Positions 11,230 to 20,927 of a stretch of DNA of 64,000 nt are shown here, piece after piece. The position numbers and the translations under genes are program-made. Location of the stretch: NCBI GenBank assembly GCA_009859145.1, contig VRVR01000045.1, forward strand, positions 177,940 through 241,939, read 5' to 3'. This DNA is from Andalucia godoyi And28. Taxonomy: Eukaryota; Protista; Jakobida. The notes under the pieces are model-generated. The model made no database searches. It was given only the letters and a program-made list of their open reading frames with translations, and was not told the DNA's origin. Position 1 is the first letter of the stretch, and every line of letters begins with the position of its first letter.

Positions 11230-14200
11230 CTAAATTTCTGATACTGTTGCGGTCATCTCTTCGACATGAACCTCATTTAAGTCAACTGGGCTCGCCAGGT
11301 GGCTCGACTCTGCAAGAAATGCAGAATACGGCATTTCGGAGACATTATGGAAGCTGCTGCGTCGAGCCATCCCGTAATGCAGACCGTCGTCGACGGACCG
11401 CAAATGGAAAGTTTCTAGTCCGCCAGATGCAGCAACAGGAGATTCAAAGTCTTCCGCCGAAGAATTAAACACCTCCAACTCTGGCACTTTTGATGGCACA
11501 TCCGGAATTTCAGAAATTCCCAGCTTTTCAGGAAAGAATTTGTTCTGTAACACGGTGTACAGTTCTGTGAACAAAAGATACAAAGCCACAGCACCCACCA
11601 CGAGACCCCATTCCCACGAAATACTAGTCTGGTGAAAGACATCCTCCGCAACTGCTGGGATGTAAACGACAGGAATAAGCGCAAGAAGGCCCGCAACCAC
11701 AGAAACCCACAAGAACCGGTTATCAAAAAAGTGCTGTTTGAACAATGAGTGTCTTCCTGATCGAACAACATACGTTTGGATCATCAGCAACGTGTGCATC
11801 GTTGCCAAGGCGGTGGTTCGGGCGTCTGCAACCGTTTCGCAAGATGAGCTATACGAGTTGCAACCTGTGCGAAGATCTCCATCTCCAGTTCCGAACATCA
11901 CAATGATGAAGTTGACGAGTGTAAGGATTCCCATGGCAAACCCAGTGATGATGATGTTGCACAAAAGTTCTGTAGTAAACAGCCCTTCCGTATTCGGAGG
12001 ACGGTGCATAATGTCTTGCGCGGGTTTGTCGAATGCCAGTCCCATGGTTGCAAGGCCGGAGAGCGTATTCACAAACAAGATAGCCACCGGAGACAAGATG
12101 AAAACGGATCTTCCGTCCTCATCCAAAAATGCTAGACCAATAACCAGCGCGACAACTTGCGAAACATTCGCGCTGAGTAAGTGGAACGTAAAATTCTTCA
12201 GGCTATTGAAAATTCGTCTCCCTTCTGCGATGGCCTTGACAATGACTGCAAAAGAATCATTCGTAAGCACGATATCCGCGGCACCTTTTGTCACATCACT
12301 CCCCGAACCCATTGCTACACCAACATTCGCTGTTTTCAGCGCCGGGGCGTCATTGATACCATCACCGGTCATGAGAACCACTCGCTTCCGTCGCTGCAGA
12401 GCCTTCACCATTTTGACCTTCGTTTCCGGAGAGCATCTTGCCACACAGAACGGCAGCTCTTCCATCGCATCCAACTCTGCAGCCGACTTCGAGTCAAACT
12501 CCATACCCGTGGTCGTGATGTTGGTTACTGTGTTTAGGATCCCGATATGTTTTGCAATCGATTTTGCAGTTTCTGCGACATCCCCTGTCAACATTCTGAC
12601 ACGAATTCCAGCTCTTTTGCAGAGTACCACTGCCGGCGCCGACTCGGGTCGTGGAGGATCGAATATGCCGACAAGGCCTAAAAAGATGAGCTCCTTCTCG
12701 ACATCTTCCCGTTCGTAGTCCTGGATGTCCTTGTTTGTCAAATCAATATCGGAACGATACGCTACAGCCAGAACTCGTAGCCCAAGAGCGGCAAGTTTCG
12801 TCATAGAGCGCAGCAAATGCGATCTCGCATCATCTGTCATTTGCATACTGGCAATTTGGCTGATCTCTGCCGCAGAGACGTCAACGTCTGCAGCATAATG
12901 CGTGCACTTTGCAACAATGCGTTCCGGAGCACCCTTTGAGAAAACAAACGACGCAGATGCACTGTTCAGGTACCCAACACTCATCATCTTCACAGTTGAA
13001 TTGAAAGCCCATTCTCCACGGCGACGCCAACCGGAATTGTTTTCGAGATGTCTACGAGGAATCCTTGCTTTCCAACAGAGGACCTGCAATGCCACCTCCG
13101 TGGGATTGCCAGTGGCCTCCAAATCACCCTCCTCATCAAGCATGATCACAGATGCGGTCGAGCAGAGGGAAACTGCTGTGAAGAAAAGTTCCAGCGTTGG
13201 CTTTTGCCGCCTTTCCGCAGTTATTTCAACAGAGACTTTGTCTGCGGGCTCCGGAGACCCCTGGGGTTCGAAGATGACTTGCTTATCAAAATAAAAATCA
13301 CCAAACTTGCTCAGTGGAGGACCGGAAATTCGCAGCCGAGTCTGCTGAGACCCAACCCCAGCGATCATCCTCACCGCAACCATCTTTCCTTCTGTCAGGG
13401 TGCCAGTCTTATCGCTGCAGATATCCGTTAACGAGCTAAGGACCTCGAGTGCAGAAAGCTTCCGCACAATGGCCTTGTTGTGGGCCATTCTGCGCACTCC
13501 TACCGTCATACTCACCGTGATTGTTACAAGAAGAGACTCTGGAATAATAGCAACACCCAATGCACTGGCATACAAAGTTGTAGCAGAATCCACAGCTTGA
13601 TTCACCGCGAACACAATGCCCGCAAGAATGATGGCGCATACCAACAGCGTGTACATGAGCCTATTCAGTCTGCTTTGCAGCTGGGACTCGACCTTTGTAC
13701 TTTCCGCCAGCTGTGAGGCGAGCATTCCAATCTGTGTCTGCATCCCAACGGCGTACACAATTCCCCTTCCTCGTCCACTGAGCACCGCTGTTTGGCGGAA
13801 CGCCAGATTCTTTCTGTCGCCTAGCGAAACGTTTTCATTCGGCAACTGCTGCTGGATTTTGCGAACGGGCAGGGATTCACCAGTCAACAAGGACTCATCG
13901 ATTTCCAGATGGTTCACCTCGAACAAGCGCATATCGGCGGGGACTTGCTGACCTTGTTCCAGTTCGCAAATATCTCCAACGACAACATCATCAATCGGAA
14001 TTTGTATGACGTTTCCGTTACGAATGACATGTGCCGAGCCTGATGTCATGCGCTTGAGAGCTTCCAGCGCCCTTTCTGATCCGTATTCTTGATAGAATCC
14101 AAGAATTCCATTAATGAATATGATCGCCACAACAATCACAAATTCAATCCAGTCTGCATTCACCCCGGAAATGACTGCGACCACGCCCAAGATTGCGCTC

Positions 14201-14442
14201 ATCGGGTTTACAAAGTTTGAAAATAACAATTTCCAGACTTCTATGCTCTTTCCTGTTGCGAGCACATTGGAGCCATAGTCTCGACGGCGGATGTCAAGAA
14301 AAAGTTCATCCAACGGAAGTCCCGTTTGATTACTGATATCTGAAATCCCAAGACCAGATTTCAGCTCGTCGACTGAAAGTCCGTGGACATTTTGGCGGGA
14401 CATCGAATGCAGTCCTGATTCCAGGTCGCTTTTATGCTTCAT
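11230..14442 (-). CDS. ENA1: P-type IID (ENA) Na+/K+ efflux ATPase
   Basis: LTGES, DICSDKTGTLTEGKM, MLTGD, ARCSPETKVKMV, MTGDGINDAPAL and SVFILSP. These are ENA-type signatures rather than SERCA/PMCA. Confidence 0.9.
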   Translation of the reverse strand: MKHKSDLESGLHSMSRQNVHGLSVDELKSGLGISDISNQTGLPLDELFLDIRRRDYGSNVLATGKSIEVWKLLFSNFVNPMSAILGVVAVISGVNADWIEFVIVVAIIFINGILGFYQEYGSERALEALKRMTSGSAHVIRNGNVIQIPIDDVVVGDICELEQGQQVPADMRLFEVNHLEIDESLLTGESLPVRKIQQQLPNENVSLGDRKNLAFRQTAVLSGRGRGIVYAVGMQTQIGMLASQLAESTKVESQLQSRLNRLMYTLLVCAIILAGIVFAVNQAVDSATTLYASALGVAIIPESLLVTITVSMTVGVRRMAHNKAIVRKLSALEVLSSLTDICSDKTGTLTEGKMVAVRMIAGVGSQQTRLRISGPPLSKFGDFYFDKQVIFEPQGSPEPADKVSVEITAERRQKPTLELFFTAVSLCSTASVIMLDEEGDLEATGNPTEVALQVLCWKARIPRRHLENNSGWRRRGEWAFNSTVKMMSVGYLNSASASFVFSKGAPERIVAKCTHYAADVDVSAAEISQIASMQMTDDARSHLLRSMTKLAALGLRVLAVAYRSDIDLTNKDIQDYEREDVEKELIFLGLVGIFDPPRPESAPAVVLCKRAGIRVRMLTGDVAETAKSIAKHIGILNTVTNITTTGMEFDSKSAAELDAMEELPFCVARCSPETKVKMVKALQRRKRVVLMTGDGINDAPALKTANVGVAMGSGSDVTKGAADIVLTNDSFAVIVKAIAEGRRIFNSLKNFTFHLLSANVSQVVALVIGLAFLDEDGRSVFILSPVAILFVNTLSGLATMGLAFDKPAQDIMHRPPNTEGLFTTELLCNIIITGFAMGILTLVNFIIVMFGTGDGDLRTGCNSYSSSCETVADARTTALATMHTLLMIQTYVVRSGRHSLFKQHFFDNRFLWVSVVAGLLALIPVVYIPAVAEDVFHQTSISWEWGLVVGAVALYLLFTELYTVLQNKFFPEKLGISEIPDVPSKVPELEVFNSSAEDFESPVAASGGLETFHLRSVDDGLHYGMARRSSFHNVSEMPYSAFLAESSHLASPVDLNEVHVEEMTATVSEI

Positions 14443-14969
14443 TTATCGGTAAAACGGCCGAGAACAAAGATGAAAACACAATCCAGAAAGGATGCATTAT
14501 ATATTTTTAATTTAATTTCTTTTTGCTGGAAAAAGAAGCGCAGCGAGAGGCAGACAGACAAACACACACGCAGAGATTCATAGCAGTCGCCCGCATTTCA
14601 AATCTGGAGATTGACCGTATCGAGGTTGACATGCAACCAAAAAAAGCGGCAATTTCTGTGCTCCACGGAGGGGCTTGCGAGTACACGGATGCCTGAGCTA
14701 CCCGCAACGAAATTCCCGACTTCAACTGACTTGATGGACATGCCATGCTGGGGAAAAACCGCTGTCGGAACAAAAGCGCTCTTTTCGTTCAAATACGGCT
14801 ATTTAGCGAGATTGAGGATTGTGCTGATTACCTTTCCGGGAATTTTGAAAATCGTCAAACCCGCACATTTGCAATTTGGTGAACCAGCAAAGAAGAAGAA
14901 GAAACAAGAGCTGATGCGATGATCACATGATGATTTGAAACGGGAATCTTTTAATTGGATAAGCCGCAT

Positions 14970-15881
14970 TCAGAAGGACGATCGGCGCCGATCCCTACCA
15001 CCGATCTGCGGCTGACCATTCTCAAAAAAAGTAGCGGAGTGCAGCCGAGACGATGTGCGGGGAGAAGACGGTGGGCTAGCAGGCAAGAGACAAGAGAGAC
15101 TTCCTTGACTCTGACAGGCCGTTGGTGAGATGTGACCATTCTTTGACGACCAATAGACGCCCACCACATTATGACATACTGGATTGGATCTCAAACATGA
15201 TGAAGTCCGGAACTTTGGGTTACTCAAAACGGACATCACCTGCCAGGTCATTGATAGAATCAGAACAGTGTACGTGGCGAAAACGGTTCCAGTCCGATAA
15301 CCATCCCAATAAATCACAACCAATGCAAGAGACAAGATGATATTGCACACCACGATTCCAGATGCAGTCACCCCGATGTAGAAGCATCTCCGGTTCTGAT
15401 TTGCAAGTCCCGTTTGAAGAACTGGATATGCAGCTAGAACGGCGGTGAAACTCATATCCGATTGTTCCAAGTCTTCATCAAAGTGCTCAATAATGTACCG
15501 CTCACGAAACAGAATGAGAGCACGGAGGGACAAAACCCAAAAGAGCGCAATGAAATTGATGCCCAGTACAGCTTTGTTGAAAGCAGTGAGATCTGTGAAC
15601 TGCTGATCCAGCGAGCATGTGTCACCACCATTTTCGGGGCATGACTGGGGAACGAAAACTGCGAGCAGCGTCCCCATCAAGATCATGTACAAAGAAACTA
15701 AAGACTTGAAAATGGACATTCCAAGCTGGATCATGTCTGTCCGCGTCAGCTTGGGATTTTGGGTCGTGTTCATGGGACTGCAGGAGGGCCGATAAAGGAG
15801 AATAAAGGAACGACGGTACAATACCTGTTCTGCAGCAGACTTTTTCTGTGAAGTTAGACTGTTTTGAAAAATACTGACCAA
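14970..15881 (-). CDS. Four-TM membrane protein of unknown function, resembling a family recalled from giant DNA viruses
   Basis: Four hydrophobic segments, with motif LYMILMGTLLAVFVPQSC..TCSL and NFIALF..RE.YIIEHFD. The viral resemblance is from recall, not a search. Confidence 0.6.
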   Translation of the reverse strand: MVSIFQNSLTSQKKSAAEQVLYRRSFILLYRPSCSPMNTTQNPKLTRTDMIQLGMSIFKSLVSLYMILMGTLLAVFVPQSCPENGGDTCSLDQQFTDLTAFNKAVLGINFIALFWVLSLRALILFRERYIIEHFDEDLEQSDMSFTAVLAAYPVLQTGLANQNRRCFYIGVTASGIVVCNIILSLALVVIYWDGYRTGTVFATYTVLILSMTWQVMSVLSNPKFRTSSCLRSNPVCHNVVGVYWSSKNGHISPTACQSQGSLSCLLPASPPSSPRTSSRLHSATFFENGQPQIGGRDRRRSSF

Positions 15882-16163
15882 AAAGCTGTCCAGTTGTCAG
15901 AATGTTACCTGTTTTTTTGGAGGGGTCCGGCTGCACTCGCAAAAGAAATTCTTCAAAATGCAAAGATTTGCTGCCATGCCCACAACAAGTGAAATTGCAA
16001 CAGTTTTGCAGCAGTTTTGCAGCGCATCTGCATTCGGAACTCCTTGATGGTGGATGACATCACGTCTGCATTGAGAAGGCAGGTTCTCGTCTGCCAATTG
16101 CTTCCACACACAAACAATGTAAACTTTTAACAGTGGATCTTCGGTCATAATGGAAGCATCGTA

Positions 16164-16299
16164 GAGGCACCTAATCTTGCCGGTTTTTCCGCAGACAATG
16201 TTTTGGCGCGCTTTCTTCTTTCCTTCTGCCGTTTTTAACGAATTTCAACCAAAAATGGTCAAAAAAACGATCACCAACACGAAAAAAGTCAAATTCGGA
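16164..16299 (+). mobile_element. 5'-end fragment of the pogo-family element seen at 60-64 kb
   Basis: Aligns by eye at ~85-90% with the reverse complement of 60689-60818 (tcttgccggttttt...gttttggcgcgctttcttc...aaattcgga). Similarity stops at the MULE TIR. Confidence 0.8.
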
Positions 16300-16301
16300 A
16301 A

Positions 16302-19300
16302 GAGAGGTGCTACAAGGTCCCCAGGACGTGGAATTAAAGGAAAAGCATTGGCTTGATGCTAGCGTCAAGAGAGCATTTTATTATAAAACAGCATTTTCAC
16401 CTTAGTCCACAAAATGCAGACGACAAACACACAAGGTTTCCTGCGTTCCTGTCTATTTGCACTCCGGAGATGCACGCTGCGTACGAATAGTCATCAATTC
16501 TTCATCCTCACAGATGAACTGGTAATGCATTGGTTCGGCCCCGGCCCGTCGAGCTTTGTGCTTGGTGCGCAAACGACTGTTTGATGCTCTGCAGACGCTG
16601 CTCCATTGCACTCTCCCTTGATGCTTTGCTCATTTTCCCACCGTCTCGAAAGACCGGGACATCAGCCTCTGCTGTTGGTGGTTGGAGCACATCGGTACGA
16701 ATGTATGTCAGTGAGCATACATCAAATGCATCGCCATTCTTTCGGCAGATGCTGCTCAGCCTATGCCCAAACTCCACAGCTCCATACGCTGGAGAAATAC
16801 CATCATAGAAGCACCACTCAGCAGTCTGTTGGTTTTGGAGAGAATCAAGCATCGGTCGGACAAACGCTCCGCAGAAATGGATCTCGTTCTTCCAGAACAC
16901 CACCGAAACCAATTTGTACACAATGGAGCCAAAGGAAACTTCATAGCCTTTCTGTTCTATGAATTGTATGTCGCCCTGTGGACTAGGACGCATGCTGGAG
17001 AGCATGCCATGCTTCGGGACGGATACCATCAGGAATACCGGGCACTCAGAAAAAGAGATTGAGTCGATGTTCCAGCACACTGCACCTTTGCATTGACTGC
17101 ACGAAAGATGTCTTGCGGTCGCATTGCTCAATGTCGCCTCGAATGCCTCGCGGAAGGTCCGCGTTGCCGTCTCTGAAGCGTCTTTTGATGCGCCGACGTT
17201 GGCAGACGAGAAAGATGGTTCCAACACACAGACCAGCTTGGTAATCGGATGTCCCGAAAAACAGGTGCCTTGGATTTTGAATCGCACGAGATCCTCTGAA
17301 GGCCTCGAGCCTTCATTCGCAAAGAGACTCATTTCAAGAGCCAAATAATTCAACATTTCTCCGCGAAAGTGGCCAAAGGGTTCGATGATATCGTACACGG
17401 CAGATTTGAAAGTCTTCAATGTCGACAGGTACGATCTGAGACTGGCATGTGACAGAGACTGTGTTGCCTTCGGAAGCGGCATCATGGCTCGCTGTATGGT
17501 CGACGTGAGCAACATTTGGGCGATGGTGGAATTTCCTTTCTGAGCAGCAAGCGACTTGATGTTCCAAAGCGGCATGAGCGATAAGTTTCGGATGAACAAT
17601 TCGATGAATGTGTCCACAGCACAAGAGTTGCGATCCCATTGGAATCCCTGCACGTCGCTGAGAGAGAGCAAATTTCCGGAAGAATCGCTGCAACCTGGTA
17701 CACTAGAGCTTGGGAAGTAGGGTTGCACTTCCGTTCTTTCAATATCAACCTCCACATCTTTTGTTCTGGCTTCACCGTGCGGCGGTGAATGGCCGAGCGA
17801 TTCTGCGTTAGCGCTTGGTTGGTCTTCTGACATGTCGACAATCTCGGTTTCTTGGTCTCTCGTGAGATCTATTACATATTTTTGGAAACTCTCTTGCCTT
17901 TGAATGCTGTTTTCCATTTTCCGTGGACGCCCCGCCTTTCCTTGTGCTTTTGTCAGTGCCTTGGCAGCGGCAGATATTGTGGACGTTTTGGACTTTTCTG
18001 CCTTGGACCCATATGCAGTGAAAGGTTGCATCTTTGCCGCTGACCCCAATGTTCGGTCGCCCATTGCCGATGTGATGACCGAGTCACATTCGATGATGGC
18101 TCGCATGATGGCATCAGCCCGATTTCCAGGATGACGGATCCCCGTTCGCACCTTTTCCATGAAAATCTGAAGCATCGCTTGAGTCTCCGAAAGGGACCAG
18201 GAAGAATGTCCTGCCAATCGTGCTTCGGGGACGACGGCTTCCGGTGGGAATGGAGCACCATCCTCAAAACTGAGGCAGGAAGCTGGTGGAAGGTTGTCCA
18301 GTGGCTCTTCGCGACACAGCCTCATAGTTCCATCAGCGCCCGCATTGGAATGGCATAAACCCGCAACGTCAAACAAAGACGGATTAATCATCGTCAGCTT
18401 TTCGCGCAGATTATTCGCGTTCACGGTCTCAACTGCTCTTTCGAAGCAATGATCGTGGAACACCGATAACAGTAAATCGTCCACCACGAACGAGCGACAC
18501 AGGAACAGATGTCCCTTGAGTTGTGGCTCAAGTTCACGGAGCACGGCGGCGGCAACAATGTGCTTACAAAATGACGACCCGGCGAATCTTCGGCACGTGC
18601 AACAAATGTCAGAAATCGTGTTCTGTCCTCCATGAGACCGAACAACAATTGTTGAGACGCACCCTTGAATGCCAGTGGACGAAGGAGCAAACTCTCTTGA
18701 GACTGTCGAAACTTGGCCCAGTCCTTCCGCCATGGAATTGTCTTCGGATCGCTGCTCCGAACTGGGTCTCGTGCCCATTCTCACCTCAGCCACTACTTCT
18801 TTGGACTTTTCCCAATCATTTAAAATGTTCTGCGGCAACACCACATGAGAATTGACTCTCTCCCTGTGATGCATTACGAAATCTATCAGTTTGAAGTGAT
18901 CCCCCTTTTCCAGTTTTCGCGCAAAGTCCCCAATTCTCCGCGTAAAGGAACCACCGCAATATGCCTCTCCATGCTTAATGACGTGATGTGCAACCTCGAG
19001 AGGATTCGTGGTTCTCACTGCTGACGAGGACCAAAACACCTGGCACCAAAATTCCTTGTACATGATCGAAACATCATCTCCAAGGCCTCCAAGTGACCCG
19101 TCGGCAAGCAGCTGCGATCCCCTGTCATTCTTTTGACGGAGGTACTCTGATTTCGATTTCGTATACAGGCCAAAACGGTCCCTAAGCTTCATTAACAGCG
19201 AGCGATGATCATCATCATGCGCAGCACGGATCCACAGGTCGATTGCTGTTTTCGTTTCCGAAGAAATGTGATCTGCCACGGAAGTGTCTCTGGCATGACA

Positions 19301-20927
19301 CATGCTTTCTAAGCTGCCCACAATCGCTTGTCGGTGCTCGGGGCGAATTCGATACTTCTTGAGCCAGCGTTCCCACGCTTGCATAAAATGGAAATAGCAG
19401 AGCAAAATGTTGCAATTGCCATGCCACACATTATCAATTGCGCGTTTCTCCCGAGCATCGTTGTCAATCAAGCAATCTGCTGGAGGTGAACGATCTTCCA
19501 GGCAGGCATTGATCCAGTTGAGAAAACTTTCCACTGCAGATTCCGAATTGTCCGAGGTAATCATGCGCGCAACAACCATGGATTGCTGCTGGCCTTTGCG
19601 ATTGTTCACTACCACTCCGAGAGAGTAGCACGGCCACAGAAGCTCATTCGTGCCATGCGTACTGTCCAGCAGAATTCGCCCTTTTGGCGCAAACTTTCTC
19701 AAGATGGCAACCGACACCGCGCTATGAATAACGACTTTTAGATGCTGTGTTACGGTGGAAGGGACCGTGTCGGTAACTGCATACTTGGAGAGCACGGTTC
19801 CTCGTACCAATCCGGGTTGCGTGATCCAGCCGTACAGATCCTCAATGTCGTCACGACTGAATCGATCAGCATGATAGACATGGTTGTAGTAGATGTTGCG
19901 AATGCATTTCTTGTCTGGAACAAGCATCTTGTTCAATTCGTCGGCGAGATAGCCATTCCGACCGGCCAACACCGTGACAAGAGAGACAATTTCTTCCCGC
20001 ACGGCAGTCACACTCTTTCCCTGCAAGAGACCCTCTTTAATTTGATCGACAATAGACGGATCTAGTCTGGCATGCTTTCCGCATGATCGTATGTCGTGAG
20101 AATGAGATCCTTTGAACACCACCACGTCGACAAGATCACTGTGCAACTCGACAGTAAATCTCAAGAGCGTACACGGGCACTCTACACACGGCCGTACAGG
20201 TCTCTGACTTTCAGGTCCCGCTCTCGACTGTCGGTTTACCGAACAATCGTAGGAACGTCGAAAGGTGTCCCTGTTTCGCTTGGCTTTCCAGCATTCGCCA
20301 AAGATCCAGCGCTCAAAGGACAACAACTTGTCAACATTCCATGGACTCCCAACATATGCAATTCGACAGTTTTCTCGTGCAACGAACGAGTCCCACAGTT
20401 CTGAAGATGAAGTTGAGCCATCACCTGTGTCCGGGGAGTCAAGCACTCGAAAGCTCGGCATCGTCATTCTGGATATTCCTCGTTCTAGCAGAAGGCCTTC
20501 CATCAATATATCCAGAGGCCTCGGTGGTGAAAATAGATGTGACGCTGGATTCTCGGAGAAGTGCACATTGTCGCGGCCCAAGACACGGACTTTGGTAAGG
20601 AACGCTGCATCAGAGTTATAGCGAACGACATTCTTGGGAAGCCAAGAAAAGGCATGGCCGTGCGAAACCAGATCAGCATGAAGGTCATTGACGGTTTTTA
20701 TCCTTTTTGCAGAAGGAGAACTAAACTGGCTTCCATCATCATCTTGACCATCTTCGGCAACATCGCCAGCCATAAAAAGCATTCTTTAAAACAAAAAGGA
20801 GGTGAGAGATGGGAGGGAGAAGAGGCGAGTTCGTAACAGTCTATAGAGAAAAAAATGCGCGGGAAGCCGACGGCCAGTATCAAGCTTTGCGTCAATCCAA
20901 TGTCCTGGGGACCTTGAAGTATCTCTC
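16302..20927 (-). mobile_element. Mutator-like (MULE) DNA transposon, ~4.6 kb, with ~80-bp imperfect TIRs
   Basis: TIRs at ~16302-16382 and ~20848-20927 share a perfect 15-bp core CAAGGTCCCCAGGAC (16313-16327 and revcomp 20902-20916) and begin GAGAG. They enclose the transposase ORF. No perfect TSD. Confidence 0.8.
16508..20782 (-). CDS. MULE transposase with WRKY/GCM1-like Zn finger, DDE domain, SWIM finger and C-terminal papain/USP-like protease domain
   Basis: YDC...CVECPC...HSH; LLDSTHGTN (D1); CLIDND...LLCYFHFMQAW (D2 plus CxxH); TTNPLEVAHHVIK (E); CCTC..FCKH (SWIM); WDRNSCAVDTF...IHFCG...CFYDG (Cys/His/Asp). Confidence 0.9.
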   Translation of the reverse strand: MLFMAGDVAEDGQDDDGSQFSSPSAKRIKTVNDLHADLVSHGHAFSWLPKNVVRYNSDAAFLTKVRVLGRDNVHFSENPASHLFSPPRPLDILMEGLLLERGISRMTMPSFRVLDSPDTGDGSTSSSELWDSFVARENCRIAYVGSPWNVDKLLSFERWIFGECWKAKRNRDTFRRSYDCSVNRQSRAGPESQRPVRPCVECPCTLLRFTVELHSDLVDVVVFKGSHSHDIRSCGKHARLDPSIVDQIKEGLLQGKSVTAVREEIVSLVTVLAGRNGYLADELNKMLVPDKKCIRNIYYNHVYHADRFSRDDIEDLYGWITQPGLVRGTVLSKYAVTDTVPSTVTQHLKVVIHSAVSVAILRKFAPKGRILLDSTHGTNELLWPCYSLGVVVNNRKGQQQSMVVARMITSDNSESAVESFLNWINACLEDRSPPADCLIDNDAREKRAIDNVWHGNCNILLCYFHFMQAWERWLKKYRIRPEHRQAIVGSLESMCHARDTSVADHISSETKTAIDLWIRAAHDDDHRSLLMKLRDRFGLYTKSKSEYLRQKNDRGSQLLADGSLGGLGDDVSIMYKEFWCQVFWSSSAVRTTNPLEVAHHVIKHGEAYCGGSFTRRIGDFARKLEKGDHFKLIDFVMHHRERVNSHVVLPQNILNDWEKSKEVVAEVRMGTRPSSEQRSEDNSMAEGLGQVSTVSREFAPSSTGIQGCVSTIVVRSHGGQNTISDICCTCRRFAGSSFCKHIVAAAVLRELEPQLKGHLFLCRSFVVDDLLLSVFHDHCFERAVETVNANNLREKLTMINPSLFDVAGLCHSNAGADGTMRLCREEPLDNLPPASCLSFEDGAPFPPEAVVPEARLAGHSSWSLSETQAMLQIFMEKVRTGIRHPGNRADAIMRAIIECDSVITSAMGDRTLGSAAKMQPFTAYGSKAEKSKTSTISAAAKALTKAQGKAGRPRKMENSIQRQESFQKYVIDLTRDQETEIVDMSEDQPSANAESLGHSPPHGEARTKDVEVDIERTEVQPYFPSSSVPGCSDSSGNLLSLSDVQGFQWDRNSCAVDTFIELFIRNLSLMPLWNIKSLAAQKGNSTIAQMLLTSTIQRAMMPLPKATQSLSHASLRSYLSTLKTFKSAVYDIIEPFGHFRGEMLNYLALEMSLFANEGSRPSEDLVRFKIQGTCFSGHPITKLVCVLEPSFSSANVGASKDASETATRTFREAFEATLSNATARHLSCSQCKGAVCWNIDSISFSECPVFLMVSVPKHGMLSSMRPSPQGDIQFIEQKGYEVSFGSIVYKLVSVVFWKNEIHFCGAFVRPMLDSLQNQQTAEWCFYDGISPAYGAVEFGHRLSSICRKNGDAFDVCSLTYIRTDVLQPPTAEADVPVFRDGGKMSKASRESAMEQRLQSIKQSFAHQAQSSTGRGRTNALPVHL

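Noticed and set aside
7449-13951. Long antisense ORFs (7449-8165, 11738-12718 and others)
   Set aside because: They overlap well-supported genes on the opposite strand and lack motifs.
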